Position numbers and translations under genes: made by a program. The notes beneath the pieces are model-generated. The model had not been told where the DNA came from. It did not search any database and saw nothing but the letters and a program-made list of their open reading frames with translations. Shown piece after piece: positions 47,599-56,639 of a stretch of 64,000 nucleotides of DNA. Within the stretch, counting starts at the first letter, position 1. Each line of letters opens with the position of its first letter. This stretch comes from an uncultured Candidatus Saccharibacteria bacterium. Lineage in GTDB: Bacteria; Patescibacteriota; Minisyncoccia; Phycocordibacterales; UBA5272. The stretch is taken from assembly GCA_964577675.1 (NCBI GenBank), contig CAZNZQ010000003.1, forward strand, positions 3,330 through 67,329. Direction: 5' to 3'.

Positions 47599-48678
47599 AT
47601 GACAACACCAACAAAACCAATTCTTCATAATGGATTTAAAGTACAAAATGATATTGTAGTTAAAAGTAGAATTGAACGTATATTCTTCACTGAAGTGTAT
47701 CTACTTTCTAATGAGAAGTTTTTATATATTTTTACTAATCTTAATCCAGAAGAAATTGTAGATCGAGGAGAGAAATATAATTTAATTACTATTGATATAG
47801 TTGGTAAAAGATACTTAGGTGTAATGACTGATAGTCATTCTAATGAAAATATTAGCGATATAGTAGACGATCTTACAGTACTACGTGGACTTGATTGTGT
47901 TGCAGGTATGAAGCCTCTTAAGGATTTACTCTTTAACGAGGTAATCGGTCCTTTGCTTAACCCAGAAAAGTATCAAAAGTTTAAAGTTGGAATACCAAAC
48001 GGAATACTTCTTTTTGGTCCTCCTGGATGCGGTAAGACGTTCATTGTTAAAAAATTAGCTGAGGAACTTGGCTATAATTTTATTGAAATGGCACCATCAT
48101 CTGTTGCTACTTCCTATGTACATGGAGCGGTTGGTAATATAGGTAAAGTCTTTGAGATGGCAAGACTTCAAGCACCGTCAATAGTTTTTATCGATGAAAT
48201 AGAAGGACTTGTTCCAAAAAGAGAAGACCTTGGGTCTCATGCTGATACTAAAAAGGAGGAGATAAATGAATTTCTTATTCAACTAAATAATGCAGGTCAA
48301 AATAAAATCTTAGTAGTTGGGGCAACGAACAGACCACATATGATTGACACGGCCATACTTCGTGCAGGAAGAATGGATAAAAGAGTGTATGTTGGTGCAC
48401 CAGACTTTGAAGCAAGAAGAGATATGTTTAAAATATGTCTCTCGGGTCGTCCGTACGATAAGAATATTGATTTTGAGAAGCTTTCCCACATGTCAGAGAA
48501 CTATGTTGGCTCAGACATCGAACTAATCGTTACAGAGGCTTCTAGGGCAGCTATAACTCAAGACAAGAATATGGTTGATGAGGAAATGCTGGTTAATGCA
48601 ATTAAGAAGTTTAATCCTTCAATCACATCTGAAGAAATTAAATACTATACACAGTTCTCTGATCTAGAAAGATCATAA
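47599..48678 (+). CDS. AAA+ ATPase (classic AAA family) with unique N-terminal domain
   Basis: Walker A LLFGPPGCGKTF, Walker B IVFIDEIE, SRH ATNRPHMIDTAILRAGRMDKRVYVGAPD. Confidence 0.75.
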   Translation: MTTPTKPILHNGFKVQNDIVVKSRIERIFFTEVYLLSNEKFLYIFTNLNPEEIVDRGEKYNLITIDIVGKRYLGVMTDSHSNENISDIVDDLTVLRGLDCVAGMKPLKDLLFNEVIGPLLNPEKYQKFKVGIPNGILLFGPPGCGKTFIVKKLAEELGYNFIEMAPSSVATSYVHGAVGNIGKVFEMARLQAPSIVFIDEIEGLVPKREDLGSHADTKKEEINEFLIQLNNAGQNKILVVGATNRPHMIDTAILRAGRMDKRVYVGAPDFEARRDMFKICLSGRPYDKNIDFEKLSHMSENYVGSDIELIVTEASRAAITQDKNMVDEEMLVNAIKKFNPSITSEEIKYYTQFSDLERS

Positions 48679-48691
48679 TTACATAACTACA

Positions 48692-49006
48692 ATGATTACC
48701 ACCGAACAATCACATTATAGAGTCCTCTTTTCTAAAATAGCTACCATAGCATTGATGATAGCAGTTATACCAATCTGGCCGTACTTTTTTTATCAGTTCC
48801 TTAAAATTGCAATATTTGGAGCATCGGCATTTTCTGTGTACTTGTATCATAAAGAGAAAAATACAAAATGGATGATGATAATGATTGTTATTGCTATCAT
48901 CTTTAATCCAATTAACCCTCTTTATTTTGGTCACTTCCTCTGGTCAATTGTTGATATTGTTGTTGCTATTCTTTTCTTTAAATCACCCAAACCACATCAT
49001 CACTAA
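48692..49006 (+). CDS. Hypothetical small multi-pass membrane protein
   Basis: 104 aa, 3 hydrophobic segments. Confidence 0.35.
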   Translation: MITTEQSHYRVLFSKIATIALMIAVIPIWPYFFYQFLKIAIFGASAFSVYLYHKEKNTKWMMIMIVIAIIFNPINPLYFGHFLWSIVDIVVAILFFKSPKPHHH

Positions 49007-49030
49007 GGTGACTCTTAATCATCTTCATAT

Positions 49031-49438
49031 ATGTACAGTTATTTACGCAAACGCTTCTTAATGAATGGAAATGAATATAAGTTCTATAAAAAGTTAGACT
49101 CAGCTGTTGGTCTTGAATATAAAATATTACCACAAGTGCATTTTGATGAACTAGTAACTCCAACTAAAGTTTCAGGAGACCGTATTTTTTCTTTTCGACA
49201 CATAAACCAAAAATCAGTTGATTTTGTAGTGTGTAATAAAACCACTTTAGTCCCGCTAGTAGCTATTGAACTTGATGGAAAATCACACTTAAAACAAATG
49301 ACAAAAGACAGGGATGTGGAAGTTGAAAGAATACTAAAAGAGGTAAATTTACCCTTACTTCGTTTTGATAACAATAATGATATGGATATCGTTGGAATTA
49401 GAGAAATAATAAACAAGACCGTATCTTTAAAAGTCTAG
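49031..49438 (+). CDS. DUF2726-like (PD-(D/E)xK nuclease-fold) protein
   Basis: VDFVVCNKTTLVPLVAIELDGKSH, an ExD...K restriction-endonuclease-like core typical of DUF2726. Confidence 0.5.
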   Translation: MYSYLRKRFLMNGNEYKFYKKLDSAVGLEYKILPQVHFDELVTPTKVSGDRIFSFRHINQKSVDFVVCNKTTLVPLVAIELDGKSHLKQMTKDRDVEVERILKEVNLPLLRFDNNNDMDIVGIREIINKTVSLKV

Positions 49439-49446
49439 AAAATAGA

Positions 49447-49481
49447 TAAAAACCTATAGCAGAATGCTATAGGTTTTTATC
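49447..49481. terminator. Rho-independent terminator
   Basis: aaaaACCTATAGCagaatGCTATAGGTtttt. Confidence 0.7.
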
Positions 49482-49514
49482 TACAACCACAGCCTTCTCG
49501 TGCGCGCTGTTGAC

Positions 49515-49588
49515 GGTGACCCCACGGAGAGTCGAACTCCGCTTACCGGCATGAAAAGCCGATGTCCTAACCGATAGACGATGGGGCC
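49515..49588 (-). tRNA. tRNA-Glu (anticodon UUC)
   Basis: Reverse complement folds as a cloverleaf: acceptor GGCCCCA/TGGGGTC, D-arm GTC..GAC, anticodon stem TCGGC/GCCGG with loop TTTTCAT (UUC), T-arm GGAG-TTCGACT-CTCC; CCA not fully encoded. Confidence 0.8.
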
Positions 49589-49702
49589 GTCTTTACCAGA
49601 ATACACCAGAATGATGTGTCCAGTGCAGAAAATACTACCACAAAATGTCAGTGTTTTCAATATCACCATATTCCAATAAGTATGATATAGTTTTCTTTAT
49701 AA

Positions 49703-49777
49703 GGGCGGTTAGCTCAGTTGGTAGAGCGCCACATTGACGTTGTGGATGTCAGAGGTTCGACTCCTCTATCGCCCACC
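49703..49777 (+). tRNA. tRNA-Val (anticodon GAC)
   Basis: GGGCGGTtaGCTCagttggtaGAGCgCCACAttGACgtTGTGGatgtcAGAGGttcgactCCTCTATCGCCCacc; acceptor, D, anticodon (GAC) and T arms all pair. Confidence 0.8.
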
Positions 49778-49790
49778 GAAAAATAATGAA

Positions 49791-49825
49791 CCAGAAGTAA
49801 GACTTCTGGGGATTTATTTTTATGG
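49791..49825 (+). terminator. Rho-independent terminator after tRNA-Val
   Basis: CCAGAAGTaagaCTTCTGG followed by ggatttattttt. Confidence 0.7.
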
Positions 49826-49878
49826 CGATAGAGCAGTCGAACTGAGATGCTAACAAAGTCCATTTTGTAATCAAAATA
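49824..49878 (-). pseudogene. Inverted partial copy of tRNA-Val (D-arm fragment fused to T-arm/acceptor 3' half)
   Basis: Reverse complement reads GTTAGCaTCTCAG-TTCGACTgCTCTATCGCCA. That is a 20/21 match to the tRNA-Val 3' end GTTCGACTcCTCTATCGCC, joined to a D-arm-like GTTAGC-TCAG, with the anticodon arm missing. Confidence 0.5.
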
Positions 49879-49967
49879 GGTAGCATCGAAGCGGGGTCGC
49901 GAAATAAAGAGCGAAGCTGCTATAATTTGGTGACTGACTCCTAAGCGTGGGTATATACTCCTATTAT

Positions 49968-50405
49968 ATGGAACCATATATAACTTTTACAGGGATACTA
50001 TTAGCAACATGTGCAGCATATGTGCTCGGCGCACTCTGGTATTCTCCACTTTTATTCATGAACCTCTGGCTTAAAGGAAAGGGTATTACAGCTGAGGATG
50101 CCCCTAAGCGTTCCAAGCTCTACATGGCTACGACAACGAGCTACGCTTTCGTCGCTCATGCTTGTATCGCTACGGTTCTCGCAGTTGTCTTAGAGATAAC
50201 ACAACCAGAAACGTTAAAGGTGACACTTAGTCTCTCGGCGCTCCTTGCTGTCGGTTTTATGGTGAGTGCGCGTTTTATTGATATGGTCTACACGGTTGAA
50301 GGGAAGCACTATGACCTAAAGAATCAGATTAACTTCGCTGTCACCTCGCTCTACTACGTGGCCATCGTACTTCTCATGGCTGTCGTGCTTTTTTCTCTAC
50401 GATAA
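49968..50405 (+). CDS. DUF1761-family membrane protein
   Basis: LGALWYSPLLF plus four hydrophobic segments; start at the internal Met (ORF 49947..50405). Confidence 0.4.
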   Translation: MEPYITFTGILLATCAAYVLGALWYSPLLFMNLWLKGKGITAEDAPKRSKLYMATTTSYAFVAHACIATVLAVVLEITQPETLKVTLSLSALLAVGFMVSARFIDMVYTVEGKHYDLKNQINFAVTSLYYVAIVLLMAVVLFSLR

Positions 50406-50488
50406 AAGAAGCTTGTTTGTGTATAGCTCTATTAGAATTTTCCTTAGTATTGATATACACTTAGGGTGTATTTACTGTATGTAGCAAC

Positions 50489-50863
50489 ATGAAAGAAACG
50501 GAACAAAAAAGAATTTTAATTATCGAAGATGAAAAACCTCTCGCACACGCCTTACAGCTCAAACTTGAACACGAAGGCTTTTCTGTTGTTGCTCTCGGTA
50601 GTGGGCAAGAAGCGTGTGACATTCTCTCAAAAGAAAAGTTCGACGCAGTGCTCACTGACCTTATCATCCCCGGTGTTGATGGGTTCAGTATTCTTACTCT
50701 CATTAAAGACAAGAAGATGAAAATACCAGTTATTGTCATGACTAATCTCAATCAAGAGGAAGACAAGAAGAAGGTCTTCGACCTTGGTGCGTCAGACTAC
50801 TTTGTTAAGTCGAGTATTTCTATTAGCGATATTGTCGCAAAAGTAAAAGAGAAGGCTTCATGA
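50489..50863 (+). CDS. Single-domain response regulator (CheY-like receiver)
   Basis: ILIIEDE...DAVLTDLIIPGVDG...KIPVIVMT...DYFVK receiver signature; 124 aa. Confidence 0.8.
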   Translation: MKETEQKRILIIEDEKPLAHALQLKLEHEGFSVVALGSGQEACDILSKEKFDAVLTDLIIPGVDGFSILTLIKDKKMKIPVIVMTNLNQEEDKKKVFDLGASDYFVKSSISISDIVAKVKEKAS

Positions 50864-50871
50864 TTATCTAG

Positions 50872-52599
50872 TTGCAATTTACTATACCTATGATCGTTGA
50901 CAACCAAAATATAAAAGAGATTCTCATACAAGGAAACTACATCAGCGAGGAAGACGCTAAGCGGGCTGAAGACCTGGCTAAGAAGGGGGTAATTTCTTTT
51001 GTTGATGCGCTTTTGCGTGACGGTGTGGTCAATAGCGACATTGTTGGTCAGGCGATAGCAGAGAGCTTTAAGGTGCCATACGCAGACCTGAACTCAGCAG
51101 CTATCACCGCTGAACAAATCCGTATTATCCCAGAAGAGGTGGCTAAGAGACTGCGTGTTGTGTTGTTCGATAACAACGATGAGAAAGAGGTAATTATCAC
51201 AACAGATAACCCTCAGCTAGAAGGACTTGAAAAGGAGCTCAAGGAATTATTCAAGGGGAGGAAAATAAACATCTCTTACTCTCTCTCTGATGACATTAAC
51301 AGCTTCTTCGTTCACTACCAAAAGCCACTCGATACTCGCTTTCAAAAAATTATTGAAGAGAGTGATAGAGTCGCCCCAGAAATCCTCGAAGAAATCTTTG
51401 ATGATGCTCTTACATATAAAGCGTCTGATATTCACTTTGAACCACAGGCAAAGATCGTGGTGATTCGTTTCCGCGTGGACGGAGTACTCCACGAAGCGGG
51501 GAATCTTCCAAAAGAAAACTATGAAAACGTTCTTAACCGTATCAAGGTAAAGAGTGCTCTTCGTATTGATGAACATTATGCAGCCCAAGATGGGTCACTC
51601 CACTATGACAGCAAGCTTGGTATATCAGTGGACATGCGTACATCAATCGTGCCTATAGTGGAAGGTGAGAAGGTGGTACTCCGTATCCTTGGTTCATATG
51701 TACAAGGACTTACCTTTAACGACCTCGGTCTCTCTAAGAAGAATCAAGAGCTGTTGCGTGAGGCATCAGAAAAGCCGTTCGGGATGATTCTCGTCGTTGG
51801 TCCAACTGGGTCAGGTAAAACAACTACCCTCTACTCACTTCTTAAGATGCTTAACACGCCAGATACGAACATCACAACTGTAGAAGACCCAGTGGAATAT
51901 AAAGTGCAAGGACTTAACCAGATACAGGTAACCCAAGCAACCGGGCTCACGTTTGCGCGTGGACTACGAGCGATTGTGCGACAAGACCCCGATATTATTC
52001 TCGTAGGTGAAATCCGTGACCTTGAGACTGCAGAAATTTCTGTAAACGCCGCTCTTACGGGGCACATGCTTCTGTCAACGTTCCACGCTAATGACGCAGC
52101 AACTGCGGTTCCTCGACTTCTCGACATGGGAATAGAGCCGTTCCTGCTTTCTTCTACGCTTAACGTTATTGTGGCGCAGCGACTAGTGCGAAAGATATGT
52201 GAGCACTGTAAGGTGAGCGTGGTAAAGAATGCTTCTGATTTTGATACTCCACAATTACAGGGTGTGGCAAGGCACCTAGGGAATAAAGCTATAACGTTAT
52301 ATGAAGGTAAAAAATGTGAAGCCTGCGGCTTCACTGGGTACAAGGGAAGAACTTCTATTTACGAGGTTATTAAGATTACACCCAACCTTCAAGAACTCAT
52401 TATTAAACACCCGTCTGCCCAAGAGATATGGGAGCTCGCGCGAAAGGAGGGTGCAACATCGGTGTTTGATGACGGGCTAGAAAAGGTGAAGAATGGTGTT
52501 ACCTCTATCGAAGAGCTGGTACGTATTGCACCCCCACCTGATAAGGTGTCAGATGACAAGGAAGAAACTAAGTCAAAGTCAAAGAAAGCTTCAAAATAA
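50872..52599 (+). CDS. pilB: Type IV pilus assembly ATPase PilB (GspE family)
   Basis: GspE N-domain, Walker A VVGPTGSGKTTTL, Asp-box/His-box region, C-terminal CxxC (CEHC...CEAC) zinc motif. Confidence 0.85.
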   Translation: MQFTIPMIVDNQNIKEILIQGNYISEEDAKRAEDLAKKGVISFVDALLRDGVVNSDIVGQAIAESFKVPYADLNSAAITAEQIRIIPEEVAKRLRVVLFDNNDEKEVIITTDNPQLEGLEKELKELFKGRKINISYSLSDDINSFFVHYQKPLDTRFQKIIEESDRVAPEILEEIFDDALTYKASDIHFEPQAKIVVIRFRVDGVLHEAGNLPKENYENVLNRIKVKSALRIDEHYAAQDGSLHYDSKLGISVDMRTSIVPIVEGEKVVLRILGSYVQGLTFNDLGLSKKNQELLREASEKPFGMILVVGPTGSGKTTTLYSLLKMLNTPDTNITTVEDPVEYKVQGLNQIQVTQATGLTFARGLRAIVRQDPDIILVGEIRDLETAEISVNAALTGHMLLSTFHANDAATAVPRLLDMGIEPFLLSSTLNVIVAQRLVRKICEHCKVSVVKNASDFDTPQLQGVARHLGNKAITLYEGKKCEACGFTGYKGRTSIYEVIKITPNLQELIIKHPSAQEIWELARKEGATSVFDDGLEKVKNGVTSIEELVRIAPPPDKVSDDKEETKSKSKKASK

Positions 52600-52603
52600 G
52601 TCT

Positions 52604-53932
52604 ATGCCTAAGACAACAGTATCTAAAAAAAATACCCAAGAAGAAAAGCTTAAGAAGAAGGGTGTTAAGAGTGCGGCACAGGAAGAAAAAAAAGAGGTTG
52701 CAGAAGTGACAGAAGTAGAAGATAAGACGAAAGAAAATACAGAGGAAAAGAAAGAAGAGAAAAAGGAAGAGAAAAAGGAGAAGCAAAGGGGGTCACTACA
52801 AGCGCCCATTATTTCTGAACCGGTAAAAGCTACTCCGATAGAAAGAAAAAAGGTAGAACGAAAAGCTATCTCAACATTTGGGCTCTCTAAAGAGCGCGAC
52901 CATTTCATCGAGAACTTGAGCATGCTTGTGCTTTCTGGCATGACGATTACCGAAGCACTCCGTTCTGTAGTAAAGGAGACTAAAGATGACAGGATGAAAG
53001 AAATCCTCAATCGTGTGATGGAGGATATCGAAGCAGGGTCACCAATATGGAAAGCTTTTACCGAGACGAAGCTGTTTCGTGGGTACACACTCTCGCTTAT
53101 TCGCCTCGGAGAAGAATCTGGTAAGCTCGCAGACAACTTAAAAGTGATCGCGATGCAGGAAGAAAAAGATAGAGAGTTCAAAGGTAAGGTGAAGTCTGCT
53201 CTCATGTACCCTATATTCGTGCTCTCTCTCACTGCGTTTATCGGTATCGGTATTTCGTGGCTTATTTTGCCGAAGCTTGCAAAGATCTTTACTGATCTTA
53301 AACTAGATCTCCCGCTCATCACTCGGGTGCTTATTAGTTTCGGTGAGTTTCTCAATAAACATGGACTGATAGCTGTCCCGATAGGAATGATGATTGTCGG
53401 AGGAATATTTTATATCGTCTTTGTTTACAAGAAAACGAAGATAATGGGGGAGTATATTATTTTTGCCATCCCGGGGATCAAGACGCTCATGGGGGAAATC
53501 GAAGTAGCTAGGTTCGGGTACCTCTTGGGTACTCTCTTAGACGCAGGTCTCCCGATAACAAGAGCTATCGAATCGCTAGAGAATGCAACAGAAACCGCTA
53601 GGTATAAGAGATTTTATGCGCATCTAAGAGAATCGGTCGATATGGGGAATTCTTTCCAGAAGAGTTTTGAGTCGTATGCAAAAATAAGAAAAATAATACC
53701 ACAGTCTGTAGAGCAGCTCGTGGTCTCGGGCGAACAATCAGGGAATTTAGTGAAGACACTCATGAAGGTAGGACAGGTGTTAGAAGCTAAGTCAGATCAG
53801 ACCACCAAGAACCTGACCATTATTATGGAGCCGATTCTGCTTGTGATCGTGTGGGCAGGTGTTGTCACCGTTGCATTCGCTGTTATCCTTCCAATCTATA
53901 GTCTTGTAGGAGGGCTTAATCAATTCCAATAA
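52604..53932 (+). CDS. pilC: Type IV pilus platform protein PilC (GspF family) with Lys/Glu-rich N-terminal low-complexity extension
   Basis: Two GspF repeats, 3 TM. The N-terminal ~70 aa is KKEEKKEEKKEKQ-type low complexity. Start placed at the Met just after the pilB stop (ORF begins 52493). Confidence 0.75.
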   Translation: MPKTTVSKKNTQEEKLKKKGVKSAAQEEKKEVAEVTEVEDKTKENTEEKKEEKKEEKKEKQRGSLQAPIISEPVKATPIERKKVERKAISTFGLSKERDHFIENLSMLVLSGMTITEALRSVVKETKDDRMKEILNRVMEDIEAGSPIWKAFTETKLFRGYTLSLIRLGEESGKLADNLKVIAMQEEKDREFKGKVKSALMYPIFVLSLTAFIGIGISWLILPKLAKIFTDLKLDLPLITRVLISFGEFLNKHGLIAVPIGMMIVGGIFYIVFVYKKTKIMGEYIIFAIPGIKTLMGEIEVARFGYLLGTLLDAGLPITRAIESLENATETARYKRFYAHLRESVDMGNSFQKSFESYAKIRKIIPQSVEQLVVSGEQSGNLVKTLMKVGQVLEAKSDQTTKNLTIIMEPILLVIVWAGVVTVAFAVILPIYSLVGGLNQFQ

Positions 53933-53935
53933 CCT

Positions 53936-54373
53936 ATGCGTTCAATAAAAGGCTTCACTATAACAGAAGTACTCCTCTCGGTGGTGCTTCTCAGTATGAT
54001 AGCAGGGATGTCTATCCCGTTGTCTAAAACATATTTAGACAGGAATGAGCTAGACCAAACAACTATGACCCTGGCCCAGACCATGAGACGCGCTCAGTTC
54101 ATGTCTATTGCACAGGATGGGGATAGTGCTTGGGGGGTGAAGGTTAGTACGTCCAGTATACTGCTATTTAAAGGAGCTAGTTACCTCACGAGGGATCAGA
54201 GTTTAGACGAGAGTACTACGCTTGCACCAATACTCGGATTCTCTGGGCTAAGTGAGGTTGTTTTTCAAAAGGGGAGTGGTATTCCATCTACAGCGGGAAC
54301 ATCAACCTTTACTTCTACTAACGACGAAATAAGAAATGTTACTATCAATCAAAAAGGAATGGTCGACTATTAA
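53936..54373 (+). CDS. Prepilin-type (class III signal) pseudopilin/minor pilin
   Basis: MRSIKGFTITEVLLSVVLLSMIAG, the G/FTxxE prepilin cleavage-methylation motif. Confidence 0.75.
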   Translation: MRSIKGFTITEVLLSVVLLSMIAGMSIPLSKTYLDRNELDQTTMTLAQTMRRAQFMSIAQDGDSAWGVKVSTSSILLFKGASYLTRDQSLDESTTLAPILGFSGLSEVVFQKGSGIPSTAGTSTFTSTNDEIRNVTINQKGMVDY

Positions 54374-56639
54374 AACAAGAGGGTTCCTTCTTGTCGAGGT
54401 GCTTTTATCAACGGCACTTTTTGTACTCCTTATCACGGCCTTCTCCGGTGTTTTTTATTATGGTATTGAATCGTCTCACTTCTCAGGTAATAGGTCGCGA
54501 GCTGTAATGTATGCGGAGGAGGGGCAGGAGGCGCTCCGCAATATCAAGAATGCTAACTTCAACAACTTAACAGCTGGTACGTACGGTCTTTCATATGCTA
54601 GCGGTACGTGGAGTTTGATACCAGGACAAGACACAATGGACGGGTATACGCGTACAGTATCTATCACAAATGTTGGGGCACATAGAAAAGACACACTTGT
54701 GACAGTCTCTTGGCAACAGACACCATCTCGTACTGTGACTGTAGCTCTTTCAGGTCGTGTTACTAACTGGAAGACCATACTGAACCCAGGACTTGGGATA
54801 ACTGTTAACAAAGTTCTCATTAATAGGGGTTTAACTCTAACAACAAGCAGCTTCGCACCTTATCGTGTAGGGACAACGACTATCACCCTCGCGTCGTCAA
54901 CTATGTTTCCGCCAGGTACGTACAACGTCACAGAGACGGCAGACGCTAGGTATAACCAGACATTCAGTGGTGACTGTAATGCCTCAGGCCAGATAGTTGT
55001 TACAGCTACGGGAAGTGCTCTTGTGTGTACTATCACTAACGAAGAAAAGCAGGCGTATGTGACAGTTAATAAAACTGTTATTAACCACGGAGGAGTAAAG
55101 ACGAGTGCTAATTTTGCTCCATACCGTGTTGGGTCAACAACAGTTACTCTCGGAAGTCCGACACCTGTAAACTCTGGGTCCTATACGATAACGGAACAGT
55201 ATGACCCAACGTATAACCTTACCTATAGCGGAGACTGTTTTACCAATGGGTCGATTACTATTTTTTCTGGAGATAGCAAAATATGTAACCTAACAAATGA
55301 GCAGATAATAGTTGGCGGAGGACTAGATATAGCGAATGTGCTTATTTATGGTGATGGAAGTAATGTCCCTAAGTACAGAAGTTATAACAAAGTGACAGAC
55401 CTACTCTCTGCAGAGACGGGGACATTCGTAGCAACTGTTGGCCCTACGTGGATTGTTCGTACTGCTCCTAATAGACACATTGCTTTTGCTGGATACTATG
55501 ATTCGACAGGGACGCTTACTATTATGTGTTTTGATGGGAGTAACTGGAATGAAGAGTTTAGAGCTCCGTCAGGTGGAATAGGCAATCGTCATAGATTCGA
55601 TATTGCATATGAAGAGGCAACAGGGGACGCCCTTGTAGTCTACAGTAAAGGGGAGCATGTCTTTAGTCAGTTGGGCTATAGGACGAAACCTGGCGCAGAG
55701 GGATGTGGTGCTTCCGCCTGGTCAGGCGAAAGCCTCTTTGACCCAGCGAGAACTGCGAATGACATAATGTATGTAAAGTTGGCATCGGATAAACGTGCGA
55801 GCTCTAACATCATTGCTATGTCTTGGATAGATACAAGCGATGATATATCAGCGGCTATATGGAATGGAAGCGCTTTTGTTAACGAACCGATCGCAGTTAC
55901 TGACAATAACGTCGAGAGGATATCAGCTTCGCACGATGTAGAAAACTTTGATCTAGAGTATGAATCTCTTTCAGGGAACCTAATGCTTGTATGGGGTAAT
56001 GGGAATGGTTCAAACGGTACAAATGGTGTGAGATATAGAAGATGTACAGGCGGAGTGGCGGCTTGTACGTGGGGGTCAGTTACGACACCTCCAACCTTTT
56101 CAGATGACGCTACAAACCTCGACATATCAGCAAACCCAAATACAAATGAAATGGTTTTTGCGTCGATCGGTAACGCCGGCGGAGATCTCCAGATTGGTTA
56201 CTGGAGTGGTACAGCTTGGACCAATACCGCTAATGTCGATACTTCTTGTAACGTGCCATTCACCGGGTCTAAGCTTGTTGCTGTTGGATGGTTAATAGGA
56301 GCTTCTAGTACAAGGTCTGTGGTTGTCTACTCTGACCTTAACTCACGGAATATCAACTGGTATTTAGGTAACGGAGGAACTTTTACCAGACAATCTGACT
56401 TTGTACCTACTCCACTTATGGCGACTGGTCGTGGGTATATGGACATACAAATGAGTCCTATTGACAAGAACATGCTTATGTTTGGAACTTCAGATAGTGT
56501 TAATGATTTGCACGTTAAGCGCTTAACTCTGACAAGTGGTGGGGTATTCCAGTGGAGTAATCCTCTCACCGCCGCAGTAGAGACGACATTGCCTCAGATA
56601 ATCTCTTCTCCTTTTTCTTTTGCATGGTGGCGCCGATAA
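54336..56639 (+). CDS. Giant pilin-like protein (767 aa) with prepilin N-terminus, candidate pilus-associated adhesin
   Basis: KTRGFLLVEVLLSTALFVLL prepilin motif, then ~730 aa of beta-rich repeats (repeated ...YRVG(S/T)TT(I/V)TL... modules). Confidence 0.65.
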   Translation: MLLSIKKEWSTIKTRGFLLVEVLLSTALFVLLITAFSGVFYYGIESSHFSGNRSRAVMYAEEGQEALRNIKNANFNNLTAGTYGLSYASGTWSLIPGQDTMDGYTRTVSITNVGAHRKDTLVTVSWQQTPSRTVTVALSGRVTNWKTILNPGLGITVNKVLINRGLTLTTSSFAPYRVGTTTITLASSTMFPPGTYNVTETADARYNQTFSGDCNASGQIVVTATGSALVCTITNEEKQAYVTVNKTVINHGGVKTSANFAPYRVGSTTVTLGSPTPVNSGSYTITEQYDPTYNLTYSGDCFTNGSITIFSGDSKICNLTNEQIIVGGGLDIANVLIYGDGSNVPKYRSYNKVTDLLSAETGTFVATVGPTWIVRTAPNRHIAFAGYYDSTGTLTIMCFDGSNWNEEFRAPSGGIGNRHRFDIAYEEATGDALVVYSKGEHVFSQLGYRTKPGAEGCGASAWSGESLFDPARTANDIMYVKLASDKRASSNIIAMSWIDTSDDISAAIWNGSAFVNEPIAVTDNNVERISASHDVENFDLEYESLSGNLMLVWGNGNGSNGTNGVRYRRCTGGVAACTWGSVTTPPTFSDDATNLDISANPNTNEMVFASIGNAGGDLQIGYWSGTAWTNTANVDTSCNVPFTGSKLVAVGWLIGASSTRSVVVYSDLNSRNINWYLGNGGTFTRQSDFVPTPLMATGRGYMDIQMSPIDKNMLMFGTSDSVNDLHVKRLTLTSGGVFQWSNPLTAAVETTLPQIISSPFSFAWWRR

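Larger units (their letters stand above)
29460..49505. mobile_element. Putative ~20-kb integrated accessory island (defence genes, phage remnants, serine recombinase, atypical chaperone module) next to tRNA-Glu
   Basis: Lower GC by eye (~33-37% versus ~42-45% in the flanks). Serine recombinase, terS/terL and ParB-MTase. Right end at the 3' end of tRNA-Glu. 12-bp direct repeat AGCCTTCTCGTG at 29466-29477 and 49491-49502. Confidence 0.4.

Noticed and set aside
29466-49502. Treating the 12-bp direct repeat as definitive att sites
   Set aside because: Exact 12-mer repeats are expected by chance many times in 64 kb. The repeat is kept only as a positional hint within the island finding, not as a feature.
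49714-49977. 87-aa minus-strand ORF overlapping tRNA-Val and its terminator
   Set aside because: It overlaps a well-folded tRNA gene and has no coding features; spurious
52493-52603. Upstream extension of the pilC ORF overlapping the 3' end of pilB
   Set aside because: The extension would overlap pilB by >100 nt in another frame. A Met directly after the pilB stop (52604) gives a conventional arrangement.
52568-53355. Long antisense ORFs (52568..52786, 52591..53355) opposite pilC
   Set aside because: They are reverse-frame artefacts of the Lys/Glu-rich low-complexity region and of pilC itself (FFSSFFSSFF-type translations). The pilC frame has clear GspF homology.
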